Positions 47,498 through 56,333 of a stretch of 64,000 nt of DNA are shown in pieces (the first letter of the stretch is position 1; the number at the start of each line of letters is the position of its first letter). Below the pieces are notes generated by a model. It was given only the letters and a program-made list of their open reading frames with translations, made no database searches and was not told the DNA's origin. Position numbers and translations under genes: made by a program. Origin of the DNA: an uncultured virus (IMG/VR IMGVR_UViG_3300025879_001642) (taxonomy: Duplodnaviria > Heunggongvirae > Uroviricota > Caudoviricetes); the IMG/VR virus record IMGVR_UViG_3300025879_001642; one strand, given 5' to 3'.

Positions 47498-48308
47498 AAC
47501 TGTAAATGTTTTGTGTTTGTGTGACGTAATTCTGTGTTACTTCCCAAAGAGCTTCGTTAATCTTTATCTTTAGGTCCACATTGGTAATTGCTCTTACCGT
47601 CTGTTTTCTTTTAGATGGTAACTCATATGTAATACCACCCTCTAAGATTCTGTTTTGGATGTTTTTAAATGCGTCCCATAGACTTACATTCTCACCCTTC
47701 AAAGGTTTAAGTAATACCTGAGAAAGAATGTTTGGATAATCCTTACCCCAACGAGTCATCATCGCCTTTAAGATATAGTTACGTTGTTCTTTAACTGTAA
47801 TCTGAGTGTTTGATAAACTCTCAACCTGCTCAATCAATAATGGTAAGTGGTTAGTAACCTTCTGAGCCACCTCTCTAACCTCATTTAATGTATACCATTG
47901 GTGTTTGATTCTTAAGTTATCGATTGTCTGATGAGACATAATGAAAGAAGTCCCCGACTCATTATTATACAATCCAACGTGGAATTGAAACGCATTTCTA
48001 CCGTCGTGTGAGTTAGTCAAAGTAATCTCAGGAATACATCCTTTGATAGACTCTAATTGGTCATTACGAAAACGTAGTAAGTGTTTTGTGAAGTTATTAC
48101 GTACTTTAGTTCTTGCTGAACGTTGCTCTGCCGAATAAACTTTCCAACCTAACCCTGACATATCCTCAATTACTTGAGTTGTTGGGATAAAGGTGTATTT
48201 ATCCGATACGTGTCCCGAAGCCGAGTCAGCATAAACTGAAGGGGCTATTTCTCTGATTTCTGATTCTGTTAGTGGAATCGCTCTGTGGTATTTTAATAAG
48301 TCAGTCAT
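47496..48308 (-). CDS. DUF932/DUF945-family protein
   Basis: APSVY, SDKYTFIPT, FTKHLLRFR, PEITLTNSHDG. Confidence 0.8.
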   Translation of the reverse strand: MTDLLKYHRAIPLTESEIREIAPSVYADSASGHVSDKYTFIPTTQVIEDMSGLGWKVYSAEQRSARTKVRNNFTKHLLRFRNDQLESIKGCIPEITLTNSHDGRNAFQFHVGLYNNESGTSFIMSHQTIDNLRIKHQWYTLNEVREVAQKVTNHLPLLIEQVESLSNTQITVKEQRNYILKAMMTRWGKDYPNILSQVLLKPLKGENVSLWDAFKNIQNRILEGGITYELPSKRKQTVRAITNVDLKIKINEALWEVTQNYVTQTQNIYS

Positions 48309-48332
48309 ATCTTTGTTTTTTTATTTCTTATA

Positions 48333-48365
48333 CAAATATACAATATTTTTTCTTTGTAGTCCAAA
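48333..48365 (-). promoter_or_regulatory. Bacteroidota housekeeping-sigma promoter
   Basis: TTTG-N21-TATATTTG. Confidence 0.8.
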
Positions 48366-48367
48366 CT

Positions 48368-49762
48368 TTATTGTAGAAACTTTCCAAAATATCTTTTATT
48401 TGTCACAAACATGAAATGATTAAGTGAACGTATATGATTACACAGTACAACAAAATGGTCGTTACCGTAACTCTCATCTTTAGTCCTCACATATAACTCT
48501 AAGTACTTATTTGATGTAATTGTTTCGTAGTCAAACATAATAACACCTCTCACAAATGGTACGTTAAAGGTACCCACTTTTTCATAGTCTCTGTATTTGA
48601 AGTAATTATCGTGGTCCCTAAAATAACCGTACTCATCAACACCACACCAGAAGTTAGATTCTAAACTCTGCTCCGTGTTCAACATTGGAGCAACAATACT
48701 TTTATTCTCTCCTAATAATATTTGAATGGTATCGTGGTTTTTAACGTAGTAATTAGAATCCATCACTAATACATTACTTACCTTATAGTTTCTAACGGCA
48801 AAAATAGCACGGTCTCTTAAGACGAACGTACTCTCCCCTTCTAAATAATGATAATCAGTACTATTATATTGTTCCCCATACTTCTTAATGAAGTTAGTTA
48901 TCTCCCAATGATTTCTAATACTGTTGTTAATCACATATAAGTCAATTAACGACTTATCGTAAGTAAGGTAACCAATACTATCCATTATTACTGATGGGTT
49001 TGAGTGGTCCTCGTCAAAGATTACCTGAACTAAAACCTTATCTTTACCCGAAACCTCTATCGTATAATTAATTGGTTGATTCATATCGTTATATAACGTA
49101 TTTAAGAAAGTTCTAACAGAAACCCCTCCGTTTGCGTGTATTACGGTTGGGTGAGTATCTGTAATAATATTATGAACGTAACCATCATTTATCTCAACAT
49201 CCTCTGTTGATTCATTAAGTGTTTGGAATATATCTAAGTTATAATCTAACTTTATCCCTTCACCGTTTAAAAATTTAAGAGTGTAGTATAGTTGGTCATC
49301 ATCAGTATTCTCACACGGAGTCTCCGTTAATACCTTAAGGTCTGACACACGACCAATAAACCCACCACTATTTAAAAATCTGTATTCCGTTTTTGAGTTA
49401 GGGTATTTTTCAATTAGATTCGTATCGGGCCAGCAAGTTTTCTCAGCAGTGAACAATACACCTTCTCCGTCCCAATTTTTCAATACGTCTTTAGGTCCTC
49501 CCGAAAACACCACATCATACGAATCAGTGAAAAGAATAATGGTATCATCGTCCTGAGTGGTTAAGTATTCTTTAAGTAAGTTAACCTTCATTCCCCCACC
49601 AGGAAACACTAATCTACCGTTAACGGCCTCTCCACCACTCCATTCCATACCCAAACCTAATATTTGGTAATCGAATCCGTAATGAGTCGCAGATTCTTTG
49701 AATCTGTTTAGCTCATCGGTTTTATGTGTAGCAACCGTAACTAATTTTATCGTTTCACTCAT
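48368..49762 (-). CDS. PLOD/LH3-like collagen glycosyltransferase (GT plus accessory domain, no lysyl-hydroxylase domain)
   Basis: TVAT, LGLGMEWSGG, GGGMKV, FTDSYDV, FTAEKTCWP, RFLNSGGFIG, DDDQLYYT, IFQTLN, IHANG; then ILLGENKSIVAPML, SNFWCG, VGTFNVPF, N...FG. Confidence 0.88.
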   Translation of the reverse strand: MSETIKLVTVATHKTDELNRFKESATHYGFDYQILGLGMEWSGGEAVNGRLVFPGGGMKVNLLKEYLTTQDDDTIILFTDSYDVVFSGGPKDVLKNWDGEGVLFTAEKTCWPDTNLIEKYPNSKTEYRFLNSGGFIGRVSDLKVLTETPCENTDDDQLYYTLKFLNGEGIKLDYNLDIFQTLNESTEDVEINDGYVHNIITDTHPTVIHANGGVSVRTFLNTLYNDMNQPINYTIEVSGKDKVLVQVIFDEDHSNPSVIMDSIGYLTYDKSLIDLYVINNSIRNHWEITNFIKKYGEQYNSTDYHYLEGESTFVLRDRAIFAVRNYKVSNVLVMDSNYYVKNHDTIQILLGENKSIVAPMLNTEQSLESNFWCGVDEYGYFRDHDNYFKYRDYEKVGTFNVPFVRGVIMFDYETITSNKYLELYVRTKDESYGNDHFVVLCNHIRSLNHFMFVTNKRYFGKFLQ

Positions 49763-49809
49763 ATTCTATTTTTATACAAATATAAAAAAAGTATGAGACA
49801 AAAAAAAGT

Positions 49810-50076
49810 CTAATTTAAAAAAATCGGTGGAAACCCTTCCATTTCGAAAATTGGGGCCGATGTATCGGGTAGTAAATTCGTCCTAACATCCTCATACTGT
49901 CCCTTAGTAAGTTGTGGGTCCTTACCCTCAGATACATTAATATCCGACAGTCTCTCAACCTCATCCATAAAGGTATCTATCGACACCCCATTTGGTAGGA
50001 ACAATTTTTTAGCATCATCAGAAGTATTCAGATACTTCCTTAAGTTTTTAAGATAAACTTCTTTATCTACACTCAT
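49810..50076 (-). CDS. hypothetical protein
   Basis: 88-aa ORF. Confidence 0.7.
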   Translation of the reverse strand: MSVDKEVYLKNLRKYLNTSDDAKKLFLPNGVSIDTFMDEVERLSDINVSEGKDPQLTKGQYEDVRTNLLPDTSAPIFEMEGFPPIFLN

Positions 50077-50086
50077 TACCTATGTT

Positions 50087-51532
50087 TTATGTTGCTGGAA
50101 CTAAAAGGAATCCTCTTTTTTCGATTGGGACACTATCGTCATTGTTTTTGTATTCAATAGCATCTAAAATTTCTTGGTCTAATTCTGTCACCCCTGAACC
50201 TTTAAGCATAAGTGCCGATAAGTTACCATTCCTAATTAAATTAGCCACTGATTTTGGTAATTTAGTTAACTTTTTACTCTCAGGTACCGCAAGGATATTA
50301 AGATTTGTCAACTCACCAATACTCTCAGGTAATTGACTAACACATCCAGACAGTAATAAGTGACTTAGTTTTTTAAATCTACCAAATGACTCAGGTAATA
50401 CTAAATCATCTAACGGTTCAACATTATCTCTACCATATCTAGAACTAGTCGAACTCTCAAACTCAAAAGTATCTAAATCGTCAGGTAAATTATTTACAAA
50501 TTCATCAAAACCGAATAACCCAATAATCTTAGAAATACCGTCATTAGGATAATTTATATCCACTGATGTCCCCACATTTTTATCACTTGAGAAGTGATTT
50601 TTGATAATCGGTTTAAACGCCTCTTTAAGTGATTCATTCTCTTTGAAGAACGAAACGAAATCAATTTGTCTATCATCCGCGTTCATAAATTGATTAGACT
50701 CGAAGTGGAATTGATATCTATGTGCCGGTAATCCTGACACCTCACCCTTTTTAGAGTCTGTCTTATCCATAATAACATAGTATGGTCCCTGTCTTAAATA
50801 ATTAAAGTAATAATTTTGACCAGGAGCCGAAGTACACCATGACGTTTCATTCCTACGTGTTTTTTGATTACTACCACCGTAGTATATCGCGGCTTCTTTA
50901 CCTAACTCTGAGTTTTCACTCATCTTAACAACATACCACTTATCATCCTCATACATAAACTCAGCACCTGGATGTAACATTGAAGACTTTCTTTCTTCTT
51001 TAGTTGTTGTCGCCATCTCTAACGATAAATCAGCAACCGCGTCTTCTAATGTAGTTAAATTGTATTTGTTAATATCTGCTTCAGATATCTTATCCGAAGA
51101 CTTAAATCTATGGAACTTAATTAAGTTTTCTTTGGTATCGAATAAATCCTCAAAGAATAACCTTTGTTTCTCTGATAACTCTTCTTCAAAACCTGGCTCA
51201 CCATAAGGAGTGCTTAAGTTTTGAGGTATAGACTTATATTGTTTAATCATCCATTGAGTATACTCACCTGTCTTTAAAACGTCTTCAGGGGTTTTTTTGG
51301 TGATTGTTTCTTGGTCATATGTCTGTGTAGACTCTAAACCCTGTATTCTCGATGTAGGGTCATTCGCAACAATAATCATTAATTGATTAGCAGTAAGAGG
51401 GGCTTTCTTAACCTTTTTCTTACCTGTCTCTTGATTAACTTTAACGATATCTTTATGTGCATGTGTCTTTAATAAATGCTCCAATCTAGCATCCTCAATA
51501 ATCATTGATTTAAGTAACTCCTGAAATTTCAT
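50087..51532 (-). CDS. T-x-W-C-T domain protein with C-terminal leucine-rich repeats
   Basis: ETSWCTS, RYQFHFESNQFMNADD; LPESFGRFKKL, LPESIGELTNL, LPKSVANL; TATTTATA at 51551-51558. Confidence 0.75.
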   Translation of the reverse strand: MKFQELLKSMIIEDARLEHLLKTHAHKDIVKVNQETGKKKVKKAPLTANQLMIIVANDPTSRIQGLESTQTYDQETITKKTPEDVLKTGEYTQWMIKQYKSIPQNLSTPYGEPGFEEELSEKQRLFFEDLFDTKENLIKFHRFKSSDKISEADINKYNLTTLEDAVADLSLEMATTTKEERKSSMLHPGAEFMYEDDKWYVVKMSENSELGKEAAIYYGGSNQKTRRNETSWCTSAPGQNYYFNYLRQGPYYVIMDKTDSKKGEVSGLPAHRYQFHFESNQFMNADDRQIDFVSFFKENESLKEAFKPIIKNHFSSDKNVGTSVDINYPNDGISKIIGLFGFDEFVNNLPDDLDTFEFESSTSSRYGRDNVEPLDDLVLPESFGRFKKLSHLLLSGCVSQLPESIGELTNLNILAVPESKKLTKLPKSVANLIRNGNLSALMLKGSGVTELDQEILDAIEYKNNDDSVPIEKRGFLLVPAT

Positions 51533-51583
51533 ATATAATCTTTTTACTTATATAAATATAATGACATACTAAAATATCCTATT

Positions 51584-52459
51584 TTATCCCTTTTCTTCGA
51601 GTAAATCCTTTTTTAAGTCAATACCCTCAATCACTTGGTTAAATTCCCCATAATTCATAATGAGTAATTCACTTGCCTTATTTTGTTTTTTACCTGATAC
51701 CGCTCCCGCTGATTTAGCATAGTCTTTAGCCTTCCAACAGAACTTATCATTTGGATATAAATCATCCAACTCTTTAAAGTGATAATATGAAAGACTGAAC
51801 TTACCCTTAATGTTAGATAACGACTCCGCCAATCTGTCGTGGTCATCTCTATCAAAATCTTGATTTGAGTAGTAGTCCTCTGTTTTCCAATATGGTGGGT
51901 CTAAGTAAAAGTAGGTATCCTCAGCATCATAAGTTTTAATAATATCCTCAAAGTCCATATTATGAACGTGCGTTATCTTATCAAAGTGATTAAAGAACTT
52001 TGGATTGTTCAATTTATTTCTAAACGCATTAAACTTTGAATTGTACTTACCCTTTAAGTCTATGAAGTTAGATGTCTCAGGGCGAATACCACTGAAAACT
52101 TGGGTAACCACATAAATATACTCCAATCCTTTTTGGTAATCAGGCTTATCAGGGTCGAAATCAAAGTCTGAGAATGCAGATTTCTGATATTCAACGAAAC
52201 GGTCTCTCTCCTGAGCGGGAATATCCTTAATGTATTCAAAAAACTCTTTATAGTTTTTTACACACGCAAATAAGTTCGCGTTAACTTTATTAAAGTCGTT
52301 ATAAACCACCCTCTCTAAATTAGGGTACTTTGTTAGGTCCATATTGTAGTACACCCAAAAGGCACCACTAAACGGTTCAACATACGTCTTAATATCGGTA
52401 GGGATGTATTCCTTTATCCACTTACCTATTTTACTCTTACCTCCTATATAACTAAACAT
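51584..52459 (-). CDS. DNA adenine methyltransferase, Dam/D12 class (start reassigned to 52459)
   Basis: MFSYIGGKS, YVEPFSG, YND, YLDPPY, ELLIMNY; a promoter sits in the listed 5' extension. Confidence 0.92.
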   Translation of the reverse strand: MFSYIGGKSKIGKWIKEYIPTDIKTYVEPFSGAFWVYYNMDLTKYPNLERVVYNDFNKVNANLFACVKNYKEFFEYIKDIPAQERDRFVEYQKSAFSDFDFDPDKPDYQKGLEYIYVVTQVFSGIRPETSNFIDLKGKYNSKFNAFRNKLNNPKFFNHFDKITHVHNMDFEDIIKTYDAEDTYFYLDPPYWKTEDYYSNQDFDRDDHDRLAESLSNIKGKFSLSYYHFKELDDLYPNDKFCWKAKDYAKSAGAVSGKKQNKASELLIMNYGEFNQVIEGIDLKKDLLEEKG

Positions 52460-52479
52460 ATCTTTTCTTTTAATTTCTA

Positions 52480-52511
52480 CAAATGTAATATAAAAAATCG
52501 TAAAAGGCAAA
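52480..52511 (-). promoter_or_regulatory. Bacteroidota housekeeping-sigma promoter
   Basis: TTTG-N20-TACATTTG. Confidence 0.8.
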
Positions 52512-52535
52512 TGTTTTTAGTGTTAAAATATAAGA

Positions 52536-52569
52536 TTTGACAATTTCAAGTGATAACACTATATTTATA
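52536..52569 (+). promoter_or_regulatory. hybrid promoter TTTG-N20-TATATTTA containing TATTTATA
   Basis: The only intergenic plus-strand copy noted, upstream of a plus-strand gene, supporting the motif's orientation. Confidence 0.65.
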
Positions 52570-52606
52570 ATAAGATAACATTAAGATAACATTAAAACTA
52601 AAAACT

Positions 52607-52960
52607 ATGAAAATGAAAAGTTTATTAACAATTTTAGTAGGGTTATTTATTATGACAGTATCTTACGGACAAAGTAAGACTTACTCTGTTGATGAGTATG
52701 GTCGTATAACATATACCCTTACCGATGATAATGGTAACCTAAAAGAAAAGGGGGAATATCTAAACGGTAAAAAACATGGAACGTGGAAGTCATACCACCC
52801 AAACGGTAAAATTCAAGCAATAGCAACTTATCGTAATGATAAAAGAGATGGTAGATGGAAATTCTACAAATCAAACGGAGACTTAGAAGCTATTTTAGTA
52901 TTCGATAACAATAAGAGAGAAAGAGCCATCGTACATCAAACATTGGTTTATAATTTTTAA
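52607..52960 (+). CDS. exported MORN-repeat-variant (YwqK-like) protein
   Basis: Signal peptide; G.Y.NGKKHG.W..YHPNG repeats. Confidence 0.85.
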   Translation: MKMKSLLTILVGLFIMTVSYGQSKTYSVDEYGRITYTLTDDNGNLKEKGEYLNGKKHGTWKSYHPNGKIQAIATYRNDKRDGRWKFYKSNGDLEAILVFDNNKRERAIVHQTLVYNF

Positions 52961-52980
52961 CTTAACCTAACGTAATGTTT

Positions 52981-53015
52981 AATCCCCTTATTTTTTAATG
53001 AGGGGATTATTTTTT
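52981..53015 (+). terminator. intrinsic terminator
   Basis: AATCCCCTTATT-TTTT-AATGAGGGGATT followed by ATTTTTT. Confidence 0.75.
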
Positions 53016-53068
53016 CCCCACTATTTACACTAAACTAAATTTATTTATTTTTAATAAAAAACAATACT

Positions 53069-53227
53069 ATGTCTTGCAGTAAATGTAAAAAGAAAGAAGA
53101 AAGAGAATTTATCGAAAAAGAAATTAATCGATTGGAACGACCAGTACAGATATTTGTATTTGCGGGATTAGCACTTACACTATACGGTATTGTATCATTA
53201 GTGATTAAAGTTGTCTCCCTTTTTTAA
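53069..53227 (+). CDS. small membrane protein with N-terminal CxxC (52 aa)
   Basis: Manual translation MSCSKCKKKEEREF...IFVFAGLALTLYGIVSLVIKVVSLF. Confidence 0.6.
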   Translation: MSCSKCKKKEEREFIEKEINRLERPVQIFVFAGLALTLYGIVSLVIKVVSLF

Positions 53228-53998
53228 TTCCTCTAATAATCTAATCTCTGTGTCCGTTAGTTGTTTCGGACTAATCACCTTAAACTTAATGTATAGGTCT
53301 CCCTGACCGTAACTAGTCATAAAACCCTTACCTCTAACTCTTATCGGTTGGTCTGGTTGTAAACACGTTGGTGAGTTTACTTTTATCTTAGTTGTAAATA
53401 AATCCACAATTACTTCAGTACCCAATAACACGTCAATAGGATTTATACTATGGGTATATATAATATCATTACCGTACTTTTCGTAAACACCGTCACTCTC
53501 AATACTAATAATAACGATTAGGTCACCTGTGAATCTCTGACCCTCATTACCACCACCACGAACTCTAAACATATTACCGTCATCACAATTGCTTGGGATG
53601 TTAATTTTTATAGTTCTTAATTCTTCTCTACCCTGAAGGTCTTTTCGGTAATACCTTATCTCTTTATCTAAACCTAAAACACAATCCTTAACCGTAATAG
53701 ATAAGTCTATTTTAATATCTGACCCTCTTAAGTTCGCATTCCTTCTCTGAGACCTAAAGATATCCTCACCAAAATGTTGTCCGAAGAAATCTGAGAAGTT
53801 AATTTTTGGGGTGTCGTACTCTCTTCTCTTATTCTCATCACCTAAAACACTATACGCCTCATTAATCTTTTTAAACATTTCATCGTTACCATCATTAATA
53901 TCTGGATGGTATTTTTTGGACAACTGTCTGTACATCTTTTTGATGTCGTCTTGACTCGCCTGTTTACTTATTCCTAAAATGTCGTAATAATTATTCAT
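53198..53998 (-). CDS. DnaJ-class co-chaperone lacking zinc fingers (CbpA-like)
   Basis: YYDILG...KYHPD...FKKINEAYSVL; G.D, GDL and R.RGKG C-terminal domain motifs. Confidence 0.9.
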   Translation of the reverse strand: MNNYYDILGISKQASQDDIKKMYRQLSKKYHPDINDGNDEMFKKINEAYSVLGDENKRREYDTPKINFSDFFGQHFGEDIFRSQRRNANLRGSDIKIDLSITVKDCVLGLDKEIRYYRKDLQGREELRTIKINIPSNCDDGNMFRVRGGGNEGQRFTGDLIVIISIESDGVYEKYGNDIIYTHSINPIDVLLGTEVIVDLFTTKIKVNSPTCLQPDQPIRVRGKGFMTSYGQGDLYIKFKVISPKQLTDTEIRLLEELKKGDNFNH

Positions 53999-54634
53999 AT
54001 GGGTAAAGATAAAAAATATATTATAGTCCTTTTCTCTAATCGAAAAAAACGTAGAGTATTGTTTAAATCTAACAACCTAAACAACACTAAGAAGAAATAT
54101 AAAGAATTTTTAGAAAAAGAAAAACCTTTGTTTCCTCAAGTTTTTAGGAATAAGACAAAAGTAAACTATGAGGTCGCTATTGTTACCACTGTAAACCATA
54201 ATATCCCAGAACTTTTTACTAAGGATGATATTGGTAGGATAAACAAAGCAGAGTTTCAATCTGACGTACATTACTTCTTAGATATACAACCGTATGAAAT
54301 TTCTGAGAAACTATGGGATTTTCAAGATGATATATATATTGACGCGGAAACTCTATACTCCAAAATTAAAAAAGGTAACCTATTCAAACAGGTATTCACC
54401 CTTAATAATAAAATATTTGTTCAAATTGATGATAAAGTTAAAGGATACGGTTTAAAGAATATCGAAGACTGTCAAAGACTATTCAATATATTAAGGAATC
54501 ATTCTATTGATGAATCATTAGGAAATATTATGTATGTTCAGGATATATCAACCGCACAAAGAAAAGACCTGTACATTCTATTGCAAAAAAATGGATTCCC
54601 GAAGGAATCCTTGTATCGTCACTATTCGTATTAA
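53999..54634 (+). CDS. basic hypothetical protein
   Basis: 211-aa ORF in AT-rich DNA. Confidence 0.75.
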   Translation: MGKDKKYIIVLFSNRKKRRVLFKSNNLNNTKKKYKEFLEKEKPLFPQVFRNKTKVNYEVAIVTTVNHNIPELFTKDDIGRINKAEFQSDVHYFLDIQPYEISEKLWDFQDDIYIDAETLYSKIKKGNLFKQVFTLNNKIFVQIDDKVKGYGLKNIEDCQRLFNILRNHSIDESLGNIMYVQDISTAQRKDLYILLQKNGFPKESLYRHYSY

Positions 54635-54864
54635 CTTCTTTTGAAGGTAAACTCAATTCCCGATATATTTAACTTAAACGTTTTTTTAGGTATTTGTAAG
54701 AATCCTCTCCTCTTTATCACTTTTTCGTGTAACTCATCAAATTCTTCTGAAGGTAAATCAAATTCAACCGTTACATTGTTAGACTCTAAATTTACATTGT
54801 CCAACAATTCAGATATAATACCTAATTGGTTCATTACATCCCCAACACCTTTTTTAATCTCCAT
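54631..54864 (-). CDS. hypothetical protein
   Basis: 77-aa ORF in an overlapping run. Confidence 0.6.
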   Translation of the reverse strand: MEIKKGVGDVMNQLGIISELLDNVNLESNNVTVEFDLPSEEFDELHEKVIKRRGFLQIPKKTFKLNISGIEFTFKRS

Positions 54865-55019
54865 ATTACACCTTTATTTTCAGTTGTTTTAGTAGTTATT
54901 GTATTACCAATGTCTTCCCTATTTAACGAGGTGATTTCATTGATTAACTTATTTTTGTGTTTTTTAACTTCAACACTATCCTTGACTACTTGTCTCTCCA
55001 ACCAATTCTTGTCCTTCAT
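54834..55019 (-). CDS. hypothetical protein
   Basis: 61-aa ORF in an overlapping run. Confidence 0.6.
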   Translation of the reverse strand: MKDKNWLERQVVKDSVEVKKHKNKLINEITSLNREDIGNTITTKTTENKGVIWRLKKVLGM

Positions 55020-55422
55020 TTAATTCGATTTCTTCAGTGTTAGTCCCTTCTTCGTTAACCTCAAAATGTAAATCCTTTAATTTATTCAATTCTGTGGTTT
55101 CAAACCTTCTCTTTAATTCGATAATTTTTTCCTGTAATAATCTATCTTTTTCCTCTCTCTCTTCATTGTTAGTGATAACCTTTAGAATGGTATTAACCGC
55201 CAATTGAACGTGAATAGACTCACTCTTAGAATAGAAAGATAAGTATCTTTTATTACCCTTAACTCCGTTATCTTTTACTCCGATATCTCCTTTAACACTT
55301 ACAACCTCATCTTTATAGGTCCATTGTGTTGGTAATGTTACGTCAATGATAAAAAATGACTGATGCTTTCTAATCGCATGGAAAAAAGGTTCCATCAATT
55401 CTATGTTTTCGTATAATGTCAT
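54976..55422 (-). CDS. hypothetical protein (start reassigned to 55422)
   Basis: ATGA overlap with the upstream small ORF. Confidence 0.7.
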   Translation of the reverse strand: MTLYENIELMEPFFHAIRKHQSFFIIDVTLPTQWTYKDEVVSVKGDIGVKDNGVKGNKRYLSFYSKSESIHVQLAVNTILKVITNNEEREEKDRLLQEKIIELKRRFETTELNKLKDLHFEVNEEGTNTEEIELNEGQELVGETSSQG

Positions 55423-55595
55423 AATAGTATATATGTTAAAATGTATGATATTGTAGAACCCCAAATAATCTTTTCTCTCCAATCAATAATGAACGGTTGA
55501 GGTGGTGTTTTCATAAAACTTCTTACAATCCTTAATATAATATCAACATTATGGAATATTGATAAGAAAAATATAAATAATTCTAATTCTTTCAT
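55419..55595 (-). CDS. small two-TM membrane protein (58 aa)
   Basis: Manual translation MKELELFIFFLSIFHNVDIILRIV...IIWGSTISYILTYILL. Confidence 0.6.
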   Translation of the reverse strand: MKELELFIFFLSIFHNVDIILRIVRSFMKTPPQPFIIDWREKIIWGSTISYILTYILL

Positions 55596-55597
55596 TC

Positions 55598-55771
55598 TTA
55601 TTTTTTTGTTGCGTCTAACACTTCTTTTCTTAAGTCCTGTAATAACTGTTTGATTTCCTGAGCAGTTTTTCTTGCTCGGGTAGCAGCACTTTTATTTCCC
55701 TTATCAATCGCCTTTTGTGAATCAACAGACAATAATTCAGTCAATTCTTTTATTTTAGATAATGTATCCAT
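55598..55771 (-). CDS. histone H1-like (Hc1 family) nucleoid protein, 57 aa
   Basis: Manual translation contains KGNKSAATRARKTAQEIKQLLQDLRK, the Hc1-family signature. Confidence 0.8.
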   Translation of the reverse strand: MDTLSKIKELTELLSVDSQKAIDKGNKSAATRARKTAQEIKQLLQDLRKEVLDATKK

Positions 55772-55825
55772 ATTTAATTAATTGTGATTCTTAATAGTTT
55801 AAATGTAATAATTTTAAACCTTATG

Positions 55826-56296
55826 TCAAGTCTTTAACGCATTTTCGAGTATTTTGTATAAATCAGTATACATATCTAACTCACTCTTAGTCTTCTTACC
55901 TTTAAGATTAAAAAGACTTTTAAAAAATATTTTAATATTGTCGACAGACTCTCTAGTTTCTTCAAAGTAGAATGCGTCGTCAAAGAACGACCAAAAATAA
56001 TCGTAATGCTGACCCTTACTAGAAAAGTTTATGTTTTCTTTCTCAAAGTCTTCTATGACTTTACTGAAGCACCAGTTAAAGTGTCCTTGTTTATCCTCAT
56101 CGGTAAACACGACATCATCCCCTAAGTAAGTCATTTCGACTAAACTATATAGGGTTAAAACAAAATCATAAAATAAATCAGAATATTCTGGTATTATGTT
56201 ATTTGCCTTTAACCAAACTTCTATTTGATTTTCGTTCATCGGTTGGGTTAAGTACCCGTAAAACTCACTAACTAAAAAGTTTTCATTTCTCTCCAT
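55826..56296 (-). CDS. hypothetical protein
   Basis: 156-aa ORF. Confidence 0.75.
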   Translation of the reverse strand: MERNENFLVSEFYGYLTQPMNENQIEVWLKANNIIPEYSDLFYDFVLTLYSLVEMTYLGDDVVFTDEDKQGHFNWCFSKVIEDFEKENINFSSKGQHYDYFWSFFDDAFYFEETRESVDNIKIFFKSLFNLKGKKTKSELDMYTDLYKILENALKT

Positions 56297-56333
56297 AAGG
56301 AAAGGTAAATCAACTTATAAAGATATTCAAGTA

